Of a stretch of 62,335 nt of DNA, positions 19,682 to 32,947 are shown piece by piece (positions within the stretch are counted from its first letter, which is position 1; each line of letters opens with the position of its first letter). The DNA lies in the NCBI GenBank assembly GCA_021798015.1, contig JAJZYP010000001.1:1-62335 (forward strand). The letters run 5' to 3'. Position numbers and translations under genes: made by a program. The notes under the pieces were generated by a model. It was not told the DNA's origin. It ran no database searches and saw only the letters and a list, made by a program, of their open reading frames with translations. The DNA comes from a bacterium (GTDB lineage: Bacteria > SZUA-79 > Acidulodesulfobacterales > Acidulodesulfobacteraceae).

Positions 19682-20725
19682 CTATAAATACTTTTGTATA
19701 AGTATTTCGGCTATTTGAATGGCATTTAAGGCAGCCCCTTTCCTGACGTTATCGGCAACAACCCAAATATTTAAGCCATTTTGTATAGAAAAATCTTTCC
19801 TGATTCTTCCTACAAATACATCGTCCAACCCTGCAACATGCGTCTGATAAGGATACCTTTCATCAGGATTGTCGCTAAATATATTATCCACAACCTTTAT
19901 GCCCTTTGTTTCGGACAACATAGTTTTAATATCTTTTATATCAAAAGGCTTCTCGGTTTCGATATTAACGGATTCACCATGGCAGAAGAACACGGGTACA
20001 CGAACGGTTGTGGCTGTTATGCCAATCCCCTTATCATGCATTATCTTATGTGTTTCTTTTACCATCTTAATTTCTTCTTTGGTGTAGCCGTCTTCGCTAA
20101 AAACATCTATTTGCGGTATGCAATTAAATGCAATTTGAATGGGAAATTTCTCGGGAAATATATCGCCTTTTGCGTTTATAACACCTGTGGTTTGGTAAAA
20201 AAGCTCATCCATCGCTTTTTTACCTGCCCCTGAGGTTGATTGATAAGTCGAAACAACAACCCTTTTTATCTTATATTTATCATGAATCGGCTTCAGCGGC
20301 ACAACCATTTGAATGGTGGAGCAATTAGGATTCGATATTATATTCTTTTTGCCGTAATACCTTATATCATCCGGATTAACCTCCGGAACAACTAAAGGAA
20401 CATCATCATCCATTCTAAAATATGAAGTGTTATCAATTACGACAGCGCCTTCTTTTGCCGCAAGCGGGGAATACTTTGAACTGGCAGATGCTCCAGGGCT
20501 TGACAAAATAATGTCTATCTTCTTTTTTTTAAAAGAATCTTCGTTTAATGTTTCAACGATATAATCGGTGCCTTTAAACTTTATAACCTCTCCCATCGAA
20601 TTTTCGGAAGCAAACAGGTAAAGTTTCATAACGGGAAAATTTCTTTGCTCCAATATTTCTAAAAATTCCCGCCCAACCAATCCTGTGGCTCCAATAATGC
20701 CAATACTATACTTATCTTTTTTCAT
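19682..20725 (-). CDS. asd: Aspartate-semialdehyde dehydrogenase
   Basis: 347 aa. Motifs GATGLVG, the active-site context NPNCSTI, and [11 protein letters not shown]. Confidence 0.95.
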   Translation of the reverse strand: MKKDKYSIGIIGATGLVGREFLEILEQRNFPVMKLYLFASENSMGEVIKFKGTDYIVETLNEDSFKKKKIDIILSSPGASASSKYSPLAAKEGAVVIDNTSYFRMDDDVPLVVPEVNPDDIRYYGKKNIISNPNCSTIQMVVPLKPIHDKYKIKRVVVSTYQSTSGAGKKAMDELFYQTTGVINAKGDIFPEKFPIQIAFNCIPQIDVFSEDGYTKEEIKMVKETHKIMHDKGIGITATTVRVPVFFCHGESVNIETEKPFDIKDIKTMLSETKGIKVVDNIFSDNPDERYPYQTHVAGLDDVFVGRIRKDFSIQNGLNIWVVADNVRKGAALNAIQIAEILIQKYL

Positions 20726-21807
20726 AAAACTCCTTTTAACTCAGAGACGACCGCTTTACCCATTTCTTTTGTACCGATAAGTTTTGTTCCTGCATCGTTA
20801 GAGTAAATATCAAGGGTTCTATACCCTTTTTTAATAACATTTTCGACGGCATTTTCTATTGCAAAAGCTAAGTTATCCATATCAAAGCTATAACGAAGCA
20901 TCATTGCAATAGATAAAATTGCCGCCAGCGGGTTTGCCTTATTTTGCCCTGCAATATCGGGAGCGCTGCCGTGAATCGGCTCATACATACCCTTTTTGCC
21001 ATTTAAACTGGCTGACGGCAGCATGCCGATAGAACCGGCCACCATCGATGATTCATCGCTAAGAATATCACCAAACATATTTGTGGTAACAATAACATCG
21101 AACGATTTTGGCTGTCTTATAAGCTGCATCGAACAGTTATCCACATACATATTACTTAACCCGACATCAGGATAATCTTTTGATACATTTGCGACAACCT
21201 GCCTCCAAAGCTCGGTGGATTCCAAAACATTTGCTTTATCAACCGATAAAACCTTTTTTTTTCTTTTACGGGCAATTTCAAATGCTATCTTTGCAATCCT
21301 TTCTATCTCCTGCGTTGTATAAACCAAAGTGTTTATACCCTTTTTTTGACCGCCTTCTATATCAAAAACGCCTCTCGGCTGTCCAAAATAAATCCCGCCG
21401 GTTAATTCTCTGACTATCATCATATCTGTTCCGCTTACAATCTCTTTTTTTAAGGGTGAGGCATCTATAAGTTCGTTATAAATTTTTGCAGGTCTAAGAT
21501 TCGCATAAAGTTCAAGGTCGTATCTTAGCGTTAGAAGGGCTTTTTCCGGTCTAAGCTCTATCGGCAAAGATTCCCATTTTGGTCCGCCAACCGCTCCAAA
21601 AATAATAGCATCCGATTCTTTAGCAAGCTTAAGGGCTCTTTCGGTTATAGGATTTTTATATTCATCATAAGATGCCCCGCCGACAAGGTCTTCTTCTATT
21701 TCATAATCTACACTGTTTTCATCCAAAACAAATTTTAAAACATTTACAGCCTCTGCAGAAACCTCGGAGCCAATGCCGTCACCTGCAAAAAGGGCCAATT
21801 TTATCAT
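20722..21807 (-). CDS. leuB: 3-isopropylmalate dehydrogenase
   Basis: 361 aa. Motifs [25 protein letters not shown] and [15 protein letters not shown]. It has a 4-nt overlap with asd. Confidence 0.95.
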   Translation of the reverse strand: MIKLALFAGDGIGSEVSAEAVNVLKFVLDENSVDYEIEEDLVGGASYDEYKNPITERALKLAKESDAIIFGAVGGPKWESLPIELRPEKALLTLRYDLELYANLRPAKIYNELIDASPLKKEIVSGTDMMIVRELTGGIYFGQPRGVFDIEGGQKKGINTLVYTTQEIERIAKIAFEIARKRKKKVLSVDKANVLESTELWRQVVANVSKDYPDVGLSNMYVDNCSMQLIRQPKSFDVIVTTNMFGDILSDESSMVAGSIGMLPSASLNGKKGMYEPIHGSAPDIAGQNKANPLAAILSIAMMLRYSFDMDNLAFAIENAVENVIKKGYRTLDIYSNDAGTKLIGTKEMGKAVVSELKGVL

Positions 21808-22308
21808 TTATCCAAGTCCTCCTTCTTTAACTTTTTTTTTCGCATATTCCATTAAGCCGCCGGCGCTGACAAGCTCAGACATAAACTCAGGGATAGGCTT
21901 TGCATTTATAACAGTATTTTTAGTTAGATTTTTAATCGTGCCGTTTTCGGTATTTACCTCAAGCGTGTCTCCGTTATCTATGCCGTCAGTATCCGCTTCT
22001 AAAATAAATAAACCGATATTAAAAGAATTTCTATAAAAAATCCTAGCAAAACTCTTTGCAATTACGACCGGAACACCGCTAATTTTAATAGCCCTCGGGG
22101 CATGTTCCCTTGAAGAACCGCATCCGAAATTATTTCCCGCAACAATAAAATCACCTTTCGAAACATTAGAGGAAAATTTTGGGTCTGCGTCTTCCATGCA
22201 GTGTTTTTTTAAATTCTCATCACTTGAATCGTTTAAGTATCTTGCCGGAATTATAGCATCCGTGTCTATGTTATCCCCAAACTTAAAAACTTTTCCCTTA
22301 AATATCAT
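21808..22308 (-). CDS. leuD: 3-isopropylmalate dehydratase small subunit
   Basis: I place the start at the ATG at 22308 (MIFKGKVFKFGDNIDTDAIIPARYL), which matches the conserved LeuD N-terminus. The tracked ORF extends to a TTG at 22362 through an intergenic hairpin. It also has the GCGSSREHAP motif. Confidence 0.9.
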   Translation of the reverse strand: MIFKGKVFKFGDNIDTDAIIPARYLNDSSDENLKKHCMEDADPKFSSNVSKGDFIVAGNNFGCGSSREHAPRAIKISGVPVVIAKSFARIFYRNSFNIGLFILEADTDGIDNGDTLEVNTENGTIKNLTKNTVINAKPIPEFMSELVSAGGLMEYAKKKVKEGGLG

Positions 22309-22350
22309 AAAAAACCCCGTATTTTTTATTGTTATACCACCATCCTCTAA

Positions 22351-22371
22351 CCCCTCCCGCAAGAGGAGGGG
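22351..22371 (-). other. GC-rich 7-bp stem-loop in the leuC-leuD intergenic spacer
   Basis: CCCCTCC (22351..22357), a 7-nt loop, then GGAGGGG (22365..22371). No U-tract follows it on the transcribed strand, so it is not a typical intrinsic terminator. Confidence 0.4.
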
Positions 22372-22399
22372 ATAAGGTCATTGCTACTTATTAACTAAA

Positions 22400-23674
22400 T
22401 TACATTACTTCTTCAGGACTTGCAATTTTACCGAGTATTATCGATGCTGCGCAAACAGCGGGATTTGCAAGATATACCTCACTTGTTACATCGCCCATTC
22501 TTCCCTTAAAATTCCTGTTTGTGGAAGATATTGCCCTTTCGCCATCGGCCAATATTCCCATATATCCGCCAAGACATGGCCCGCAGGTGGGAGTGCTTAC
22601 GACACCCCCCGCATCCATAAATATATCTATCAAGCCCTCTTTTTCCGCCATCTTATAAACCTCGTTCGTTGCGGGAATAACGATTAATCTGGTATATTTT
22701 GCAATCTTTTTCCCCTTTAAAATCTGAGCGGCTATCCTTAAATCCTCAATTCTTCCATTTGTGCAAGAACCGATAACGGACTGGTCTATTTTAATATCTT
22801 TAGCAGAGGCTTCGTTTATATCAACGCTATTTTCGGGAAGATGAGGAAACGCAACCTGCGGATTTATCGTTTCGGTATTAAAATTTAAAACCTTAGCATA
22901 TTTTGCCCCTTCATCGCTTCTATAAAATACATAATCTCTTTTTGCCCTTTTCTCGACATAATCTTCGGTAATCTCATCGGGTTCGAAAATTCCGCTTTTG
23001 GCTCCTGCTTCTATCGCCATATTGGCTATTGTAAACCTATCCGCCATACCAAGATATTTAAACGTGTCCCCTGAAAATTCCAATGCCATATAATTTGCCC
23101 CTTCAACACCTATTTGCCCAATTAAATACAGCACTAAATCCTTGCCTGAAACCCATTTTCCGGGCTTTCCTGTAAAAACCACCTTAATAGACTTTGGAAT
23201 CTTTAACCACAGCTCGCCAAAGGCAAAGACATATGCCAGATCGGTTGAACCCACGCCTGTGGCAAAAGCGCCCAACGCCCCATAAGTGCATGTATGAGAA
23301 TCAGCCCCTATTACAAGATCCCCGGGTAAAACAATTCCTTTTTCCGGCAAAAGAGCATGTTCGACACCCGCCTCGCCGCATTCAAAATAGTATTTAATAT
23401 CGTGAGTTTTAGCAAACTCCCTGAGCATCTTTGCCTGTTTTGCGCTTAAAATATCCTTATTGGGAACGAAATGGTCCGGCACCAATGCTATCTTCTGCCT
23501 GTCAAAAACAGTTTTCATCCCGATAGCCTCAAACTCTTTTATTGCAATCGGTGCAGTAATGTCATTACCCAAGGCAATGTCAATCTTAGCATTTACTATA
23601 TCACCCGGCGACACGTCATCTTGATTCGTATGATTTAAGATTATCTTTTCGGTAATGGTAAGAGGTCGTTCCAT
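22400..23674 (-). CDS. leuC: 3-isopropylmalate dehydratase large subunit (short, about 420 aa)
   Basis: 424 aa. Aconitase-family motifs [21 protein letters not shown] and [11 protein letters not shown], and the C-terminal cluster cysteine context PTCGPCLG. Confidence 0.95.
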   Translation of the reverse strand: MERPLTITEKIILNHTNQDDVSPGDIVNAKIDIALGNDITAPIAIKEFEAIGMKTVFDRQKIALVPDHFVPNKDILSAKQAKMLREFAKTHDIKYYFECGEAGVEHALLPEKGIVLPGDLVIGADSHTCTYGALGAFATGVGSTDLAYVFAFGELWLKIPKSIKVVFTGKPGKWVSGKDLVLYLIGQIGVEGANYMALEFSGDTFKYLGMADRFTIANMAIEAGAKSGIFEPDEITEDYVEKRAKRDYVFYRSDEGAKYAKVLNFNTETINPQVAFPHLPENSVDINEASAKDIKIDQSVIGSCTNGRIEDLRIAAQILKGKKIAKYTRLIVIPATNEVYKMAEKEGLIDIFMDAGGVVSTPTCGPCLGGYMGILADGERAISSTNRNFKGRMGDVTSEVYLANPAVCAASIILGKIASPEEVM

Positions 23675-23706
23675 CCCTATTATCTCCTTATTTTTATTTA
23701 TTTTGC

Positions 23707-25278
23707 TTATAAATCGCCATAAACATTTATCTGGCTAGATTTTTTTATATTACTATTGTGAACATAGAGCTTATTTAAGGCGTTTACATAAGCCTTCGCG
23801 CTGGCAACCACAATATCGGTATGAGCGCTTCTCCCTGTTATATTAACCCCGTTTTCCTCTATAGTAATAGAGACATCTCCTTGAGCCTCGGTCGTCCCCC
23901 TGATAGATTTAACCTCGTATCCTATAACTTTAGCTTTGGACGTAACAATTTTTTCGATTGCATTAATAGCGGCATCCACAGGGCCGTTACCGCAAGAAGA
24001 GTTATGCTTCAGTTCTCCGTCAACCATAACCTTGACCATCGAAAGGGGCGTAACAGTATCGCCGCAAACAACATTGACATACTTAAGCTCATACTTTTCA
24101 AATGAATGGGATTTTGCGACAAGCGAATCGATATCTTCGTCATAGATTTCTTTTTTTCTATCCGACAGCGCTTTAAATTTAACAAAGGCATCCTCTATTT
24201 CTTTATCGTTTAATAAGTATCCCAAAGATTCCAATTTTTCCTTAAAAGCATGCTTTCCGGAATGTTTACCCAATACCAAATCATTTGACTGCCTTCCAAC
24301 CCTTTCGGGTGTCATTATTTCATATGTTGTCTTTTCTTTTAACACACCGTCCTGGTGAATACCCGCCTCATGCGCAAACGCGTTTTTACCGACGATCGCC
24401 TTGTTTGGCTGAACCGATATGCCCGTTATATGGGTTAAAAGTTGGGAAGACCTGTATATTTCGCTTGTGTTAATATTTGTAATTGCGTTATATATATCTT
24501 TTCTAACATCCAAAGCCATAACTATCTCTTCGAGCGCCGCATTTCCTGCCCGCTCTCCAATACCGTTTATTGTGCACTCAACCTGATTAGCTCCCGCCAA
24601 AATAGCCGAAAGAGAGTTGGCAACGGCAAGACCCAAATCATTGTGGCAATGAACGCTCAAGATGACATTTTCAATACCTTTAACTTTATCCTTTATATTT
24701 TTAATGAAGTTAAAAAATTCAAAAGGGGTTGCGTATCCAACAGTGTCGGGAATATTTACCGTCGTGGCGCCGGCCTCTATAACTCCCTCTATTACTTTAT
24801 ATAAAAAATCCGAATCGGTTCTTGAGGCATCTTCAGCAGAAAATTCGATATTTTCAACAAATGATTTGGCATATCTAACCATGTTAATCGCTTTTTCATA
24901 CAGCTCCTCACGGGACATCTTAAGTTTATATTTAAGATGTAAATCGGAGGTTGCAATAAAGGTATGAATAACAGGTTTTTCGGAATATTTTACGGCTGAA
25001 TACGCCCTATAAATGTCCTTTTCATTTGCCCTTGCAAGACCGGCAATTTCAACACCTTTTATCTCCTCCGCTATGGCTTTCACAGCCTCGAAGTCGCCGT
25101 CCGACGCAATGGGAAAACCTGCCTCGATAACATCTACCCCAAGGCGGGCAAGCTGGCGGGCTAAATTTAACTTTTCTAAGGTATTCATGCTGGCGCCGGG
25201 AGATTGCTCCCCATCCCTTAATGTCGTATCGAATATCTTTATTTTTTTAATATTTTCACTACCCATAAAGCCTCCCAT
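23707..25278 (-). CDS. leuA: 2-isopropylmalate synthase
   Basis: 523 aa. Motifs [27 protein letters not shown] and [10 protein letters not shown], plus a C-terminal LeuA regulatory domain. An alternative Met lies 4 codons downstream. Confidence 0.95.
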   Translation of the reverse strand: MGGFMGSENIKKIKIFDTTLRDGEQSPGASMNTLEKLNLARQLARLGVDVIEAGFPIASDGDFEAVKAIAEEIKGVEIAGLARANEKDIYRAYSAVKYSEKPVIHTFIATSDLHLKYKLKMSREELYEKAINMVRYAKSFVENIEFSAEDASRTDSDFLYKVIEGVIEAGATTVNIPDTVGYATPFEFFNFIKNIKDKVKGIENVILSVHCHNDLGLAVANSLSAILAGANQVECTINGIGERAGNAALEEIVMALDVRKDIYNAITNINTSEIYRSSQLLTHITGISVQPNKAIVGKNAFAHEAGIHQDGVLKEKTTYEIMTPERVGRQSNDLVLGKHSGKHAFKEKLESLGYLLNDKEIEDAFVKFKALSDRKKEIYDEDIDSLVAKSHSFEKYELKYVNVVCGDTVTPLSMVKVMVDGELKHNSSCGNGPVDAAINAIEKIVTSKAKVIGYEVKSIRGTTEAQGDVSITIEENGVNITGRSAHTDIVVASAKAYVNALNKLYVHNSNIKKSSQINVYGDL

Positions 25279-25286
25279 AGCCTTAT

Positions 25287-26093
25287 TTATCCTACTTTTT
25301 TATCACTCTTTATCTTAACATTATCGATATAAAAATACAATAGGGGCGAAACGAAGGTGTAGAGGAAAAATATTACAAAAAAGGCTATGATTGGTTTTAC
25401 TACAATTATTATAATTAATAAGGAAAGTAAAGCCAAAACCTCAAAAGGCCTTCTTTTAAAAACAGATAAATCTTTCATAGCAAAATACCTAATATTACTT
25501 ATCATTAATAAACCGGTAATTATCATTAAAGCAATCATAATCTTACTTATCACAGCAAAATTTATAGAAAGACCTGTCATAAAAAATATCGATGAAACAA
25601 CCATGCCTGCGGCGGCCGGAGAAGGAAGTCCGCTAAATTTATTATACTCTACCGAATTTACCTGAATATTAAATCTTGCAAGTCTAAGCGCCGCACCCAA
25701 AAGATATACAAAAATAGATGCCCACCCAAGTCTTCCATAGGTAAAAAGTTGCCATTTAAACAATAATATGGAAGGGGCAACCCCAAATGCTATTAAATCG
25801 GATAAGGAATCATATTCTATGCCGAATTTAGAGTTTGAATTTGTGAGCCTTGCAACCTTTCCGTCAATTCCATCTAAAAAAATAGATACGACAATAAGCC
25901 ATCCCGCTATATAAAATTTTCCGTTAATGGAGTTTATAATCGAGTAAAAACCTGAAAAAAGAGAAAGGCTTGTTAGGAGATTGGGTAGCAGGAAAACCCC
26001 TTTTGTCATACTATCTCTGTAAATATTAGCAGAGGTATTGTAAGCTTGGAATGCTTTTTGTTTATGTTTTTTATCTACATTTAAATCATCCAT
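25287..26093 (-). CDS. pssA: CDP-diacylglycerol--serine O-phosphatidyltransferase (CDP-alcohol phosphatidyltransferase family)
   Basis: 268 aa, multi-TM. It has the CDP-alcohol motif DGIDGKVARLTNSNSKFGIEYDSLSDLIAFG and sits next to psd. Confidence 0.85.
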   Translation of the reverse strand: MDDLNVDKKHKQKAFQAYNTSANIYRDSMTKGVFLLPNLLTSLSLFSGFYSIINSINGKFYIAGWLIVVSIFLDGIDGKVARLTNSNSKFGIEYDSLSDLIAFGVAPSILLFKWQLFTYGRLGWASIFVYLLGAALRLARFNIQVNSVEYNKFSGLPSPAAAGMVVSSIFFMTGLSINFAVISKIMIALMIITGLLMISNIRYFAMKDLSVFKRRPFEVLALLSLLIIIIVVKPIIAFFVIFFLYTFVSPLLYFYIDNVKIKSDKKVG

Positions 26094-26154
26094 AAATAAC
26101 TATAAACAATAAACAATTGAAATTTTATTATCATTATTATGATTATTATTATAA

Positions 26155-26847
26155 TTATGCCAATCTTCCCAGAACTGTTTTCCCCGAAAAAACTCTGTCG
26201 TTAATCTTGACATAATTTTCGAAATTTAGAGGAATGTATAAATCCAATCTTGAACCATATTTAATTAAACCAAATCTTTCTCCGGAGGTGACGAAGTCCC
26301 CTTCTTTAATTTTGCACACTATTCTTCTTGCAATAAGGCCTGCTATTTGAACAAATGCTATTTTTGCAATTCTTTCACCGCTTCTGCTTATATTCAAATT
26401 TAAAATTATCCCGTTAAATTCATTTTCCAAAGACGCCTTATCGAGATTAGCGGAAAAAAATCTTCCTTTATTATATATGATTTTTTCGACCCTTCCGTTT
26501 ATCGGCACCCTATTTACATGAACATCAAAAAGTGACATAAAAATGCTTATCTTTATAACCTCCCGATTTAAAAATCTGTCATCAAACACTCTCTGTAAAA
26601 AAATAACCCTGCCATCGGCAGGGCACAGGATCTCATCTTCTTTTAAATCGGTTTTACGCTCGGGGTCTCTAAAAAAATAGATATTAAAAATAAAAAATAT
26701 CAAAAATATAAGGGATAAGGATAAAAAAACATACTTTAATGTTTTATCGCCGGAATAGCTAAGATAAAAATATAAAATAAAAAAAACAAAAGAAACAAAT
26801 AAAGAAATTATTATAAAACCAACCCCTTCTTTTGCTATATATTTCAT
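26155..26847 (-). CDS. psd: Phosphatidylserine decarboxylase proenzyme (short type)
   Basis: 230 aa. N-terminal TM segments, HVNRVP, and the self-cleavage context KYGSRLDLY (G-S). Confidence 0.85.
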   Translation of the reverse strand: MKYIAKEGVGFIIISLFVSFVFFILYFYLSYSGDKTLKYVFLSLSLIFLIFFIFNIYFFRDPERKTDLKEDEILCPADGRVIFLQRVFDDRFLNREVIKISIFMSLFDVHVNRVPINGRVEKIIYNKGRFFSANLDKASLENEFNGIILNLNISRSGERIAKIAFVQIAGLIARRIVCKIKEGDFVTSGERFGLIKYGSRLDLYIPLNFENYVKINDRVFSGKTVLGRLA

Positions 26848-26891
26848 CTGTTGTCTTCTGTTGTCTATTATTGTATTGCTTTATAATTTAA

Positions 26892-27935
<1,044 letters not shown>

Positions 27936-27938
27936 TTA

Positions 27939-28430
27939 TTAGTTTAACTTTCTTGCGCGCTGTATTGCGACTATTCCTGTCATAACTATATCCTTTATGC
28001 CAAGCGGCCTTAAAATATCTATTAAAGATTCTATCTTCCTTTCCGAACCTGTAACCTCAAGCGTATATGAGTTTCTAGAAACATCGATAATACGGCCGCT
28101 GAATATATCCTTTATCCGAACGATATCACTTTTTGTGGTTTCATCGGCATTTACTTTTATTAAAACGGTCTGCCTGACCACGGAATCCTCATCTGTCAAT
28201 TCCTGGACTTTTATCACATTTATCAGTCTGTTAAGCTGCTTTGTTATCTGTTCTAATATCTGAGTGTCTCCTGATGTGGTAATTATCATTTTAGACTCAT
28301 TTTTCTCGAGTGTTTTTGCCACACAAATACTGTCGATATTAAATCCTCTTGCCGAAAACAGACCTGAAACCCTGGCTAATACCCCTGCTTCATTCTCGAC
28401 AAGGATGGATAAGATATGGGTTTTCTCCAT
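27939..28430 (-). CDS. ilvN: Acetolactate synthase small (regulatory) subunit
   Basis: 163 aa. An ACT domain (ILSILVENEAGVLARVSGLFSARGFNIDS) is followed by the ALS_ss_C domain. Confidence 0.9.
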   Translation of the reverse strand: MEKTHILSILVENEAGVLARVSGLFSARGFNIDSICVAKTLEKNESKMIITTSGDTQILEQITKQLNRLINVIKVQELTDEDSVVRQTVLIKVNADETTKSDIVRIKDIFSGRIIDVSRNSYTLEVTGSERKIESLIDILRPLGIKDIVMTGIVAIQRARKLN

Positions 28431-28475
28431 AATTATTTTAATCCTTTATTTATTTTTATCAAAATAATTTTTAAT

Positions 28476-30194
28476 TTAGACTAATAACATACCTGTAATC
28501 GGTGCCCCAGGCGCAACCATAGGATAAACACTTTCTTCTTTAGCTACGACAAAATCCATTATAACAGGTTTCTTTATAGATAATGCCTTTTTAATAACAT
28601 CTTCCACCTCATTGGGCTTGGTTGCCCTTAAACCAACGGCGCCGTAAGCCTCGGCAAGCTTAACAAAATCCGGATTTACATTCATTTCAGAAAAAGAATA
28701 TCTTTTTTTATAGAATAATTCCTGCCACTGCCTTATCATGCCTAAAAAGTTATTGTTGATTATAGCAATTTTAACAGGTAAATTATATTGAACGGCAGTG
28801 GCCAACTCCTGAATATTCATTTGAATGCTGCCGTCCCCCGCAATATCAAAAACTGTTTTTTCGGGACATGCTATCTGAGCCCCTATAGCTGCGGGAAACC
28901 CGTAACCCATAGTGCCAAGACCACCAGAGGTTAAAAACGTCCTTGGGTTATTAAACTTATAAAATTGCGCCGCCCACATTTGATTTTGACCAACCTCTGT
29001 CGAAATTATCGCCGAACCTTCCGTAAGTTCGTATATCTTTTCAATTACATATTGAGGTTTAATCACATCGTTCATTTCATACGAAAGCGGATGCTCATAT
29101 TTCCATATATTAATATCTTCAAGCCATTTAAGCCTATCATACTGGGTAGAGGAAATTTCTTTAGATTTTGTGCTTAGCATTTCCAAAAGACTGTTTAAGA
29201 CAGCCTTAACATCCCCGACGACCGGAATTTCAATCTTTACATTTTTGCCTATCGATGAAGGATCAATGTCTATATGCGCAAACTTTGCGTTTCTAGCAAA
29301 CTCTTCAACCTTCCCTGTAACCCTGTCATCAAATCTTGCGCCTATAGCGATAATAAAATCTGCGTTGGATATTGCCATATTTGCCGCATAAGTGCCGTGC
29401 ATTCCAAGCATTCCAAAAAATAGCGAATGTTCGGCCGGAAATCCGCCGAGTCCCATTAATGTCGAGGTAACGGGCAAATCAAAAAGCTCCGCTAATTCTT
29501 TAAGCTCCGCCGCCGCATTGGAAATAATCACGCCGCCGCCTATGTAAAGTAACGGTCTTTTTGCATTTAAAAGCTCTTTGACAACCTTAGAAATCTGCAC
29601 ATGATGTCCGAAATATGTAGGGTTATAACTTCTGAGTTCTATACCTTCCGGATAATCGAATTCGCATACGCTTGAGGTAATATCTTTAGGAATATCTATT
29701 AATACAGGGCCGGGTCTTCCCGTGGAAGCTATATAAAAAGCCTCTTTAATAGTTCTTGCAAGATTTTTTACGTCTTTTACAAGATAGTTATGTTTTGTGC
29801 ACGGTCTTGTTATGCCAACAGTATCAGCCTCCTGAAAGGCATCATTTCCTATTAAATTGGTTGGAACTTGCCCTGTTAATATGACAATCGGTATGGAATC
29901 CATATAAGCTGTCGCAATACCGGTTATTGTATTAGTGGCGCCCGGCCCGGATGTAACAAGAACAACGCCAACCTTACCCGATGCCCTGGCATAGCCGTCC
30001 GCCGCATGAGCCGCACCCTGTTCGTGCCTAACAAGCACATGGTTTATTTTATCTGCATAATTTAAAAGTTCATCGTATATATTCATTACTGCCCCGCCGG
30101 GATAACCGAATATAGTATCGACTCCTTCCTTAATTAAACTTTCGATAATTATTTTTGAACCTGTCATCATATTTCTTTCGTTATTCGGCTTCAT
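28476..30194 (-). CDS. ilvB: Acetolactate synthase large subunit (ThDP-dependent)
   Basis: 572 aa. Motifs [31 protein letters not shown] and the ThDP motif [14 protein letters not shown]...NN. Confidence 0.95.
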   Translation of the reverse strand: MKPNNERNMMTGSKIIIESLIKEGVDTIFGYPGGAVMNIYDELLNYADKINHVLVRHEQGAAHAADGYARASGKVGVVLVTSGPGATNTITGIATAYMDSIPIVILTGQVPTNLIGNDAFQEADTVGITRPCTKHNYLVKDVKNLARTIKEAFYIASTGRPGPVLIDIPKDITSSVCEFDYPEGIELRSYNPTYFGHHVQISKVVKELLNAKRPLLYIGGGVIISNAAAELKELAELFDLPVTSTLMGLGGFPAEHSLFFGMLGMHGTYAANMAISNADFIIAIGARFDDRVTGKVEEFARNAKFAHIDIDPSSIGKNVKIEIPVVGDVKAVLNSLLEMLSTKSKEISSTQYDRLKWLEDINIWKYEHPLSYEMNDVIKPQYVIEKIYELTEGSAIISTEVGQNQMWAAQFYKFNNPRTFLTSGGLGTMGYGFPAAIGAQIACPEKTVFDIAGDGSIQMNIQELATAVQYNLPVKIAIINNNFLGMIRQWQELFYKKRYSFSEMNVNPDFVKLAEAYGAVGLRATKPNEVEDVIKKALSIKKPVIMDFVVAKEESVYPMVAPGAPITGMLLV

Positions 30195-31861
30195 ATTCTT
30201 ATTCCTCTATTTACAATTGCCCCTTCATCTGCCGAAGAAACCATATCGGCATATCTCGATAAATAGCCGTAATCTATTTTTTTACCCCTTGCAGGTAATT
30301 TTGATTTTCTAATGTTCAATTCTTCGGCAGATAAAAGAACATTAAGTTTCCTCTCAGGTATATCTATTTCAATCTTATCTCCGTTATTTATTAAAGCAAT
30401 AGGACCCCCCTCTTGAGCTTCGGGGGATATATGTCCGATACACGGACCGCGTGTTCCTCCTGAAAAACGGCCATCGGTAATTAAAGCCACTTTATCGCCA
30501 AGACCCATACCGAATATCTGAGAGGTTGGGGCAAGCATTTCTCTCATACCTGGACCGCCCTTTGGCCCCTCATATCTTATGACAACAACATCCCTCTCTT
30601 TAATCTTCCCCTTCGAAATGCTTTCCATGGCAGTTTCTTCACTGTCAAACACTACTGCATTTCCTGTAAATCGCATTATATCGGGATTTACACCGCTTGC
30701 TTTAATTATTGCTCCGTTTGGGGCTAAATTGCCAAAAAGAACGGCGATACCCCCCTCCTTTCTATAAGGATTGTCAATCTTTCTAATTACTTCGTTATTT
30801 ACATAATTAACGCCGGATATTATTTGCCCTATATTGTCGCCGCTAACGGTTGCTTCATTATTATTAATAATGGTTTTTAACTCATATAATAGCGCGGGTA
30901 TTCCGCCGGCAAAATCTAAGTCTTCAAGGAAATATTCCCCGGCTGGTCTTAAACTCGTAAGTTGAGGTGTTTTTTTTGAAATTTCATCAAAAAGCCTCAA
31001 ATCTAATTTTATTCCAGCCTCATTTGCTATAGCCAGTAAATGTAAAACGGAATTGGACGAGCCGCCCAATGCCATATCAACTATTATAGCATTTTTTAAA
31101 GCACCCAATGTTACAATATTTCTTGGAAGCACATTTTTTTTCACTAAGTCAACCGCCCTGGCACCGCTTTCAAAAGCGATTCGTTTTTTTATCGCGGAAC
31201 CTGCAAGCGCTGTTCCTGCGCCAGGTAAAGACATACCCATAACCTCCGTTAAACAAGCCATAGTATTAGCTGTATATAGACCCTGGCACGACCCCTGACC
31301 TGGACAAGCGCACATTTCCAGATCTGAAAGCTCCTGTTCTGTTATCTCGTTTACCCTATATTTAGCAACTGCTTCAAATGTATCCCTGACAAATGAAAGC
31401 CGTTTCCCATGATAATGACCGGAAAGCATAGGACCAGCGGTAACAATTATTGATGGAATATTTAAACGCAAAGAAGCCATAAGCATTCCTGGTGTAATTT
31501 TGTCGCAATTAGTTAAAAGAACAAGCCCGTCAAGACAATGCGCTTCTGCAATAGTTTCTATCATATCGGCTATAAGCTCACGGGAGGGAAGCGAATAATG
31601 CATACCGAGATGTCCCATGGCGATCCCGTCGCAAATTCCAGGAATACCAAAAACAAACGGGTGTCCGCCGTTGCTATATATGCCATTTTCAACGGCTCTT
31701 TCCAAATCCCTCATGCCGACATGTCCCGGAATCAAATCGGTAAAACTGGAAGCAATACCGATAAACGGCTTTTTTATCTCGTTTTTTGTTATACCTGTTG
31801 CATAGAGTAAAGACCTGTGAGGTGTCCTATCAACGCCCTCTTTAATATTTTTACTTTTCAT
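30191..31861 (-). CDS. ilvD: Dihydroxy-acid dehydratase
   Basis: 556 aa. Motifs [30 protein letters not shown] and [13 protein letters not shown]. It has a 4-nt overlap with ilvB. Confidence 0.95.
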   Translation of the reverse strand: MKSKNIKEGVDRTPHRSLLYATGITKNEIKKPFIGIASSFTDLIPGHVGMRDLERAVENGIYSNGGHPFVFGIPGICDGIAMGHLGMHYSLPSRELIADMIETIAEAHCLDGLVLLTNCDKITPGMLMASLRLNIPSIIVTAGPMLSGHYHGKRLSFVRDTFEAVAKYRVNEITEQELSDLEMCACPGQGSCQGLYTANTMACLTEVMGMSLPGAGTALAGSAIKKRIAFESGARAVDLVKKNVLPRNIVTLGALKNAIIVDMALGGSSNSVLHLLAIANEAGIKLDLRLFDEISKKTPQLTSLRPAGEYFLEDLDFAGGIPALLYELKTIINNNEATVSGDNIGQIISGVNYVNNEVIRKIDNPYRKEGGIAVLFGNLAPNGAIIKASGVNPDIMRFTGNAVVFDSEETAMESISKGKIKERDVVVIRYEGPKGGPGMREMLAPTSQIFGMGLGDKVALITDGRFSGGTRGPCIGHISPEAQEGGPIALINNGDKIEIDIPERKLNVLLSAEELNIRKSKLPARGKKIDYGYLSRYADMVSSADEGAIVNRGIRI

Positions 31862-31953
31862 AAAACGCCTATCCTTTTTCCTTTTATTGTATTTATTGTA
31901 AATTAATATAATTTTTAATCTATTCGCAAATATAAGCCATTTCTTTAATCCTA

Positions 31954-32190
31954 TTACTTAATTGCAATATTTTCCTTAATTATTTTTTTCATAACATCGT
32001 TTCCGTAAAGTTTTTTTAATTTAAGTTCTTTAATCATTTTTTGCTCTTTAGGGGTTAAAAACGGCTTAGTGCTGTATTTGTTCAATAATCTGTCTATTTC
32101 CACATGTTCATTATATATCTTTTTAAAATTTTCATCCGATGAAATAAGAGATTCGGCCATCATTTTTTCAGTTTCATCTAAAAATTGCAT
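31954..32190 (-). CDS. Small DUF465/YdcH-like coiled-coil protein
   Basis: 78 aa. The pattern [18 protein letters not shown]....[17 protein letters not shown] resembles the DUF465 family. The assignment comes from motif recall only. Confidence 0.5.
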   Translation of the reverse strand: MQFLDETEKMMAESLISSDENFKKIYNEHVEIDRLLNKYSTKPFLTPKEQKMIKELKLKKLYGNDVMKKIIKENIAIK

Positions 32191-32254
32191 AACGAAAACC
32201 TCCTTACAATAATATATTTAGTATTATTAAACTTCTGATTCACATAAATATAGG

Positions 32255-32944
32255 TCAAAATGGTCCTTCACTGTAAACATAATATGGAGAAAGTCCCTCT
32301 GTATAATTCAAGTCATTTTTTATTCCGCTTTTCAGCGCGTATTTAGCCGCATAATATGGTATTTTTATTAAATCAAATGGAATTAGCGGGACATTTTCTT
32401 TTAATTCACTCTTAAACCTTTTATATTTATCTTTTTGATTATATCCGTAAACCAGTGTCGGTACACTGCCAAGCCCATCTATAAACAATTTAAGTTCTTC
32501 CATATTAAATCGACAAATCTTAAGATAGGAGGTAAGATTACCATTTTTCGACATAAAAGCTGATACATAGTAACTATTTTTTATTGCATTTTTTATAGCT
32601 ATAATATATTTAGGGTCTAAATTATTTTTGAAAATTGAGTAAGCACAGACAAATAAAGTTCCAAGCCCAATTATATTTAAGCCGAGTATGTAAGAAAGCG
32701 TTTTGGCTATCGTAAGGGAAACTCTCACTCCTGTGAAAGAACCGGGACCCAATGATACTGCTATCCCATTTAAATCGTTTAGTTTTATATCGGTTTTTGA
32801 TAACATTTCATCTATTTGTTTAAAAATTAATACGGAATGATTTTCATGAAATCCGGAAATTGTTTCGGTAATCACATTAAGATTGTCGTCCATTATTAAT
32901 GTATTTGAATACCCGCTTGAACTATCGATAGACAGGATAGGCAT
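32255..32944 (-). CDS. tsaB: tRNA t6A37 biosynthesis protein TsaB (YeaZ)
   Basis: 229 aa. Motifs ILSIDSSS and VSLGPGSFTGVRVSLTIAK. Confidence 0.8.
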   Translation of the reverse strand: MPILSIDSSSGYSNTLIMDDNLNVITETISGFHENHSVLIFKQIDEMLSKTDIKLNDLNGIAVSLGPGSFTGVRVSLTIAKTLSYILGLNIIGLGTLFVCAYSIFKNNLDPKYIIAIKNAIKNSYYVSAFMSKNGNLTSYLKICRFNMEELKLFIDGLGSVPTLVYGYNQKDKYKRFKSELKENVPLIPFDLIKIPYYAAKYALKSGIKNDLNYTEGLSPYYVYSEGPF

Positions 32945-32947
32945 AGT

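Noticed and set aside
19781-20233. A 150-aa plus-strand ORF (and the nested ORF at 19869..20087)
   Set aside because: It is antisense within asd, which has unambiguous conserved motifs. The same reasoning applies to the other tracked plus-strand ORFs inside lpxD, bamA, lolC, prfB, lnt, leuA, ilvB, ilvD, nfnA, serA and others.
22309-22362. An 18-codon N-terminal extension of leuD starting at a TTG
   Set aside because: It runs through the intergenic GC hairpin and has no counterpart in the conserved LeuD N-terminus. The ATG at 22308 gives the canonical MIFKGKVFKFGDNIDTD start.
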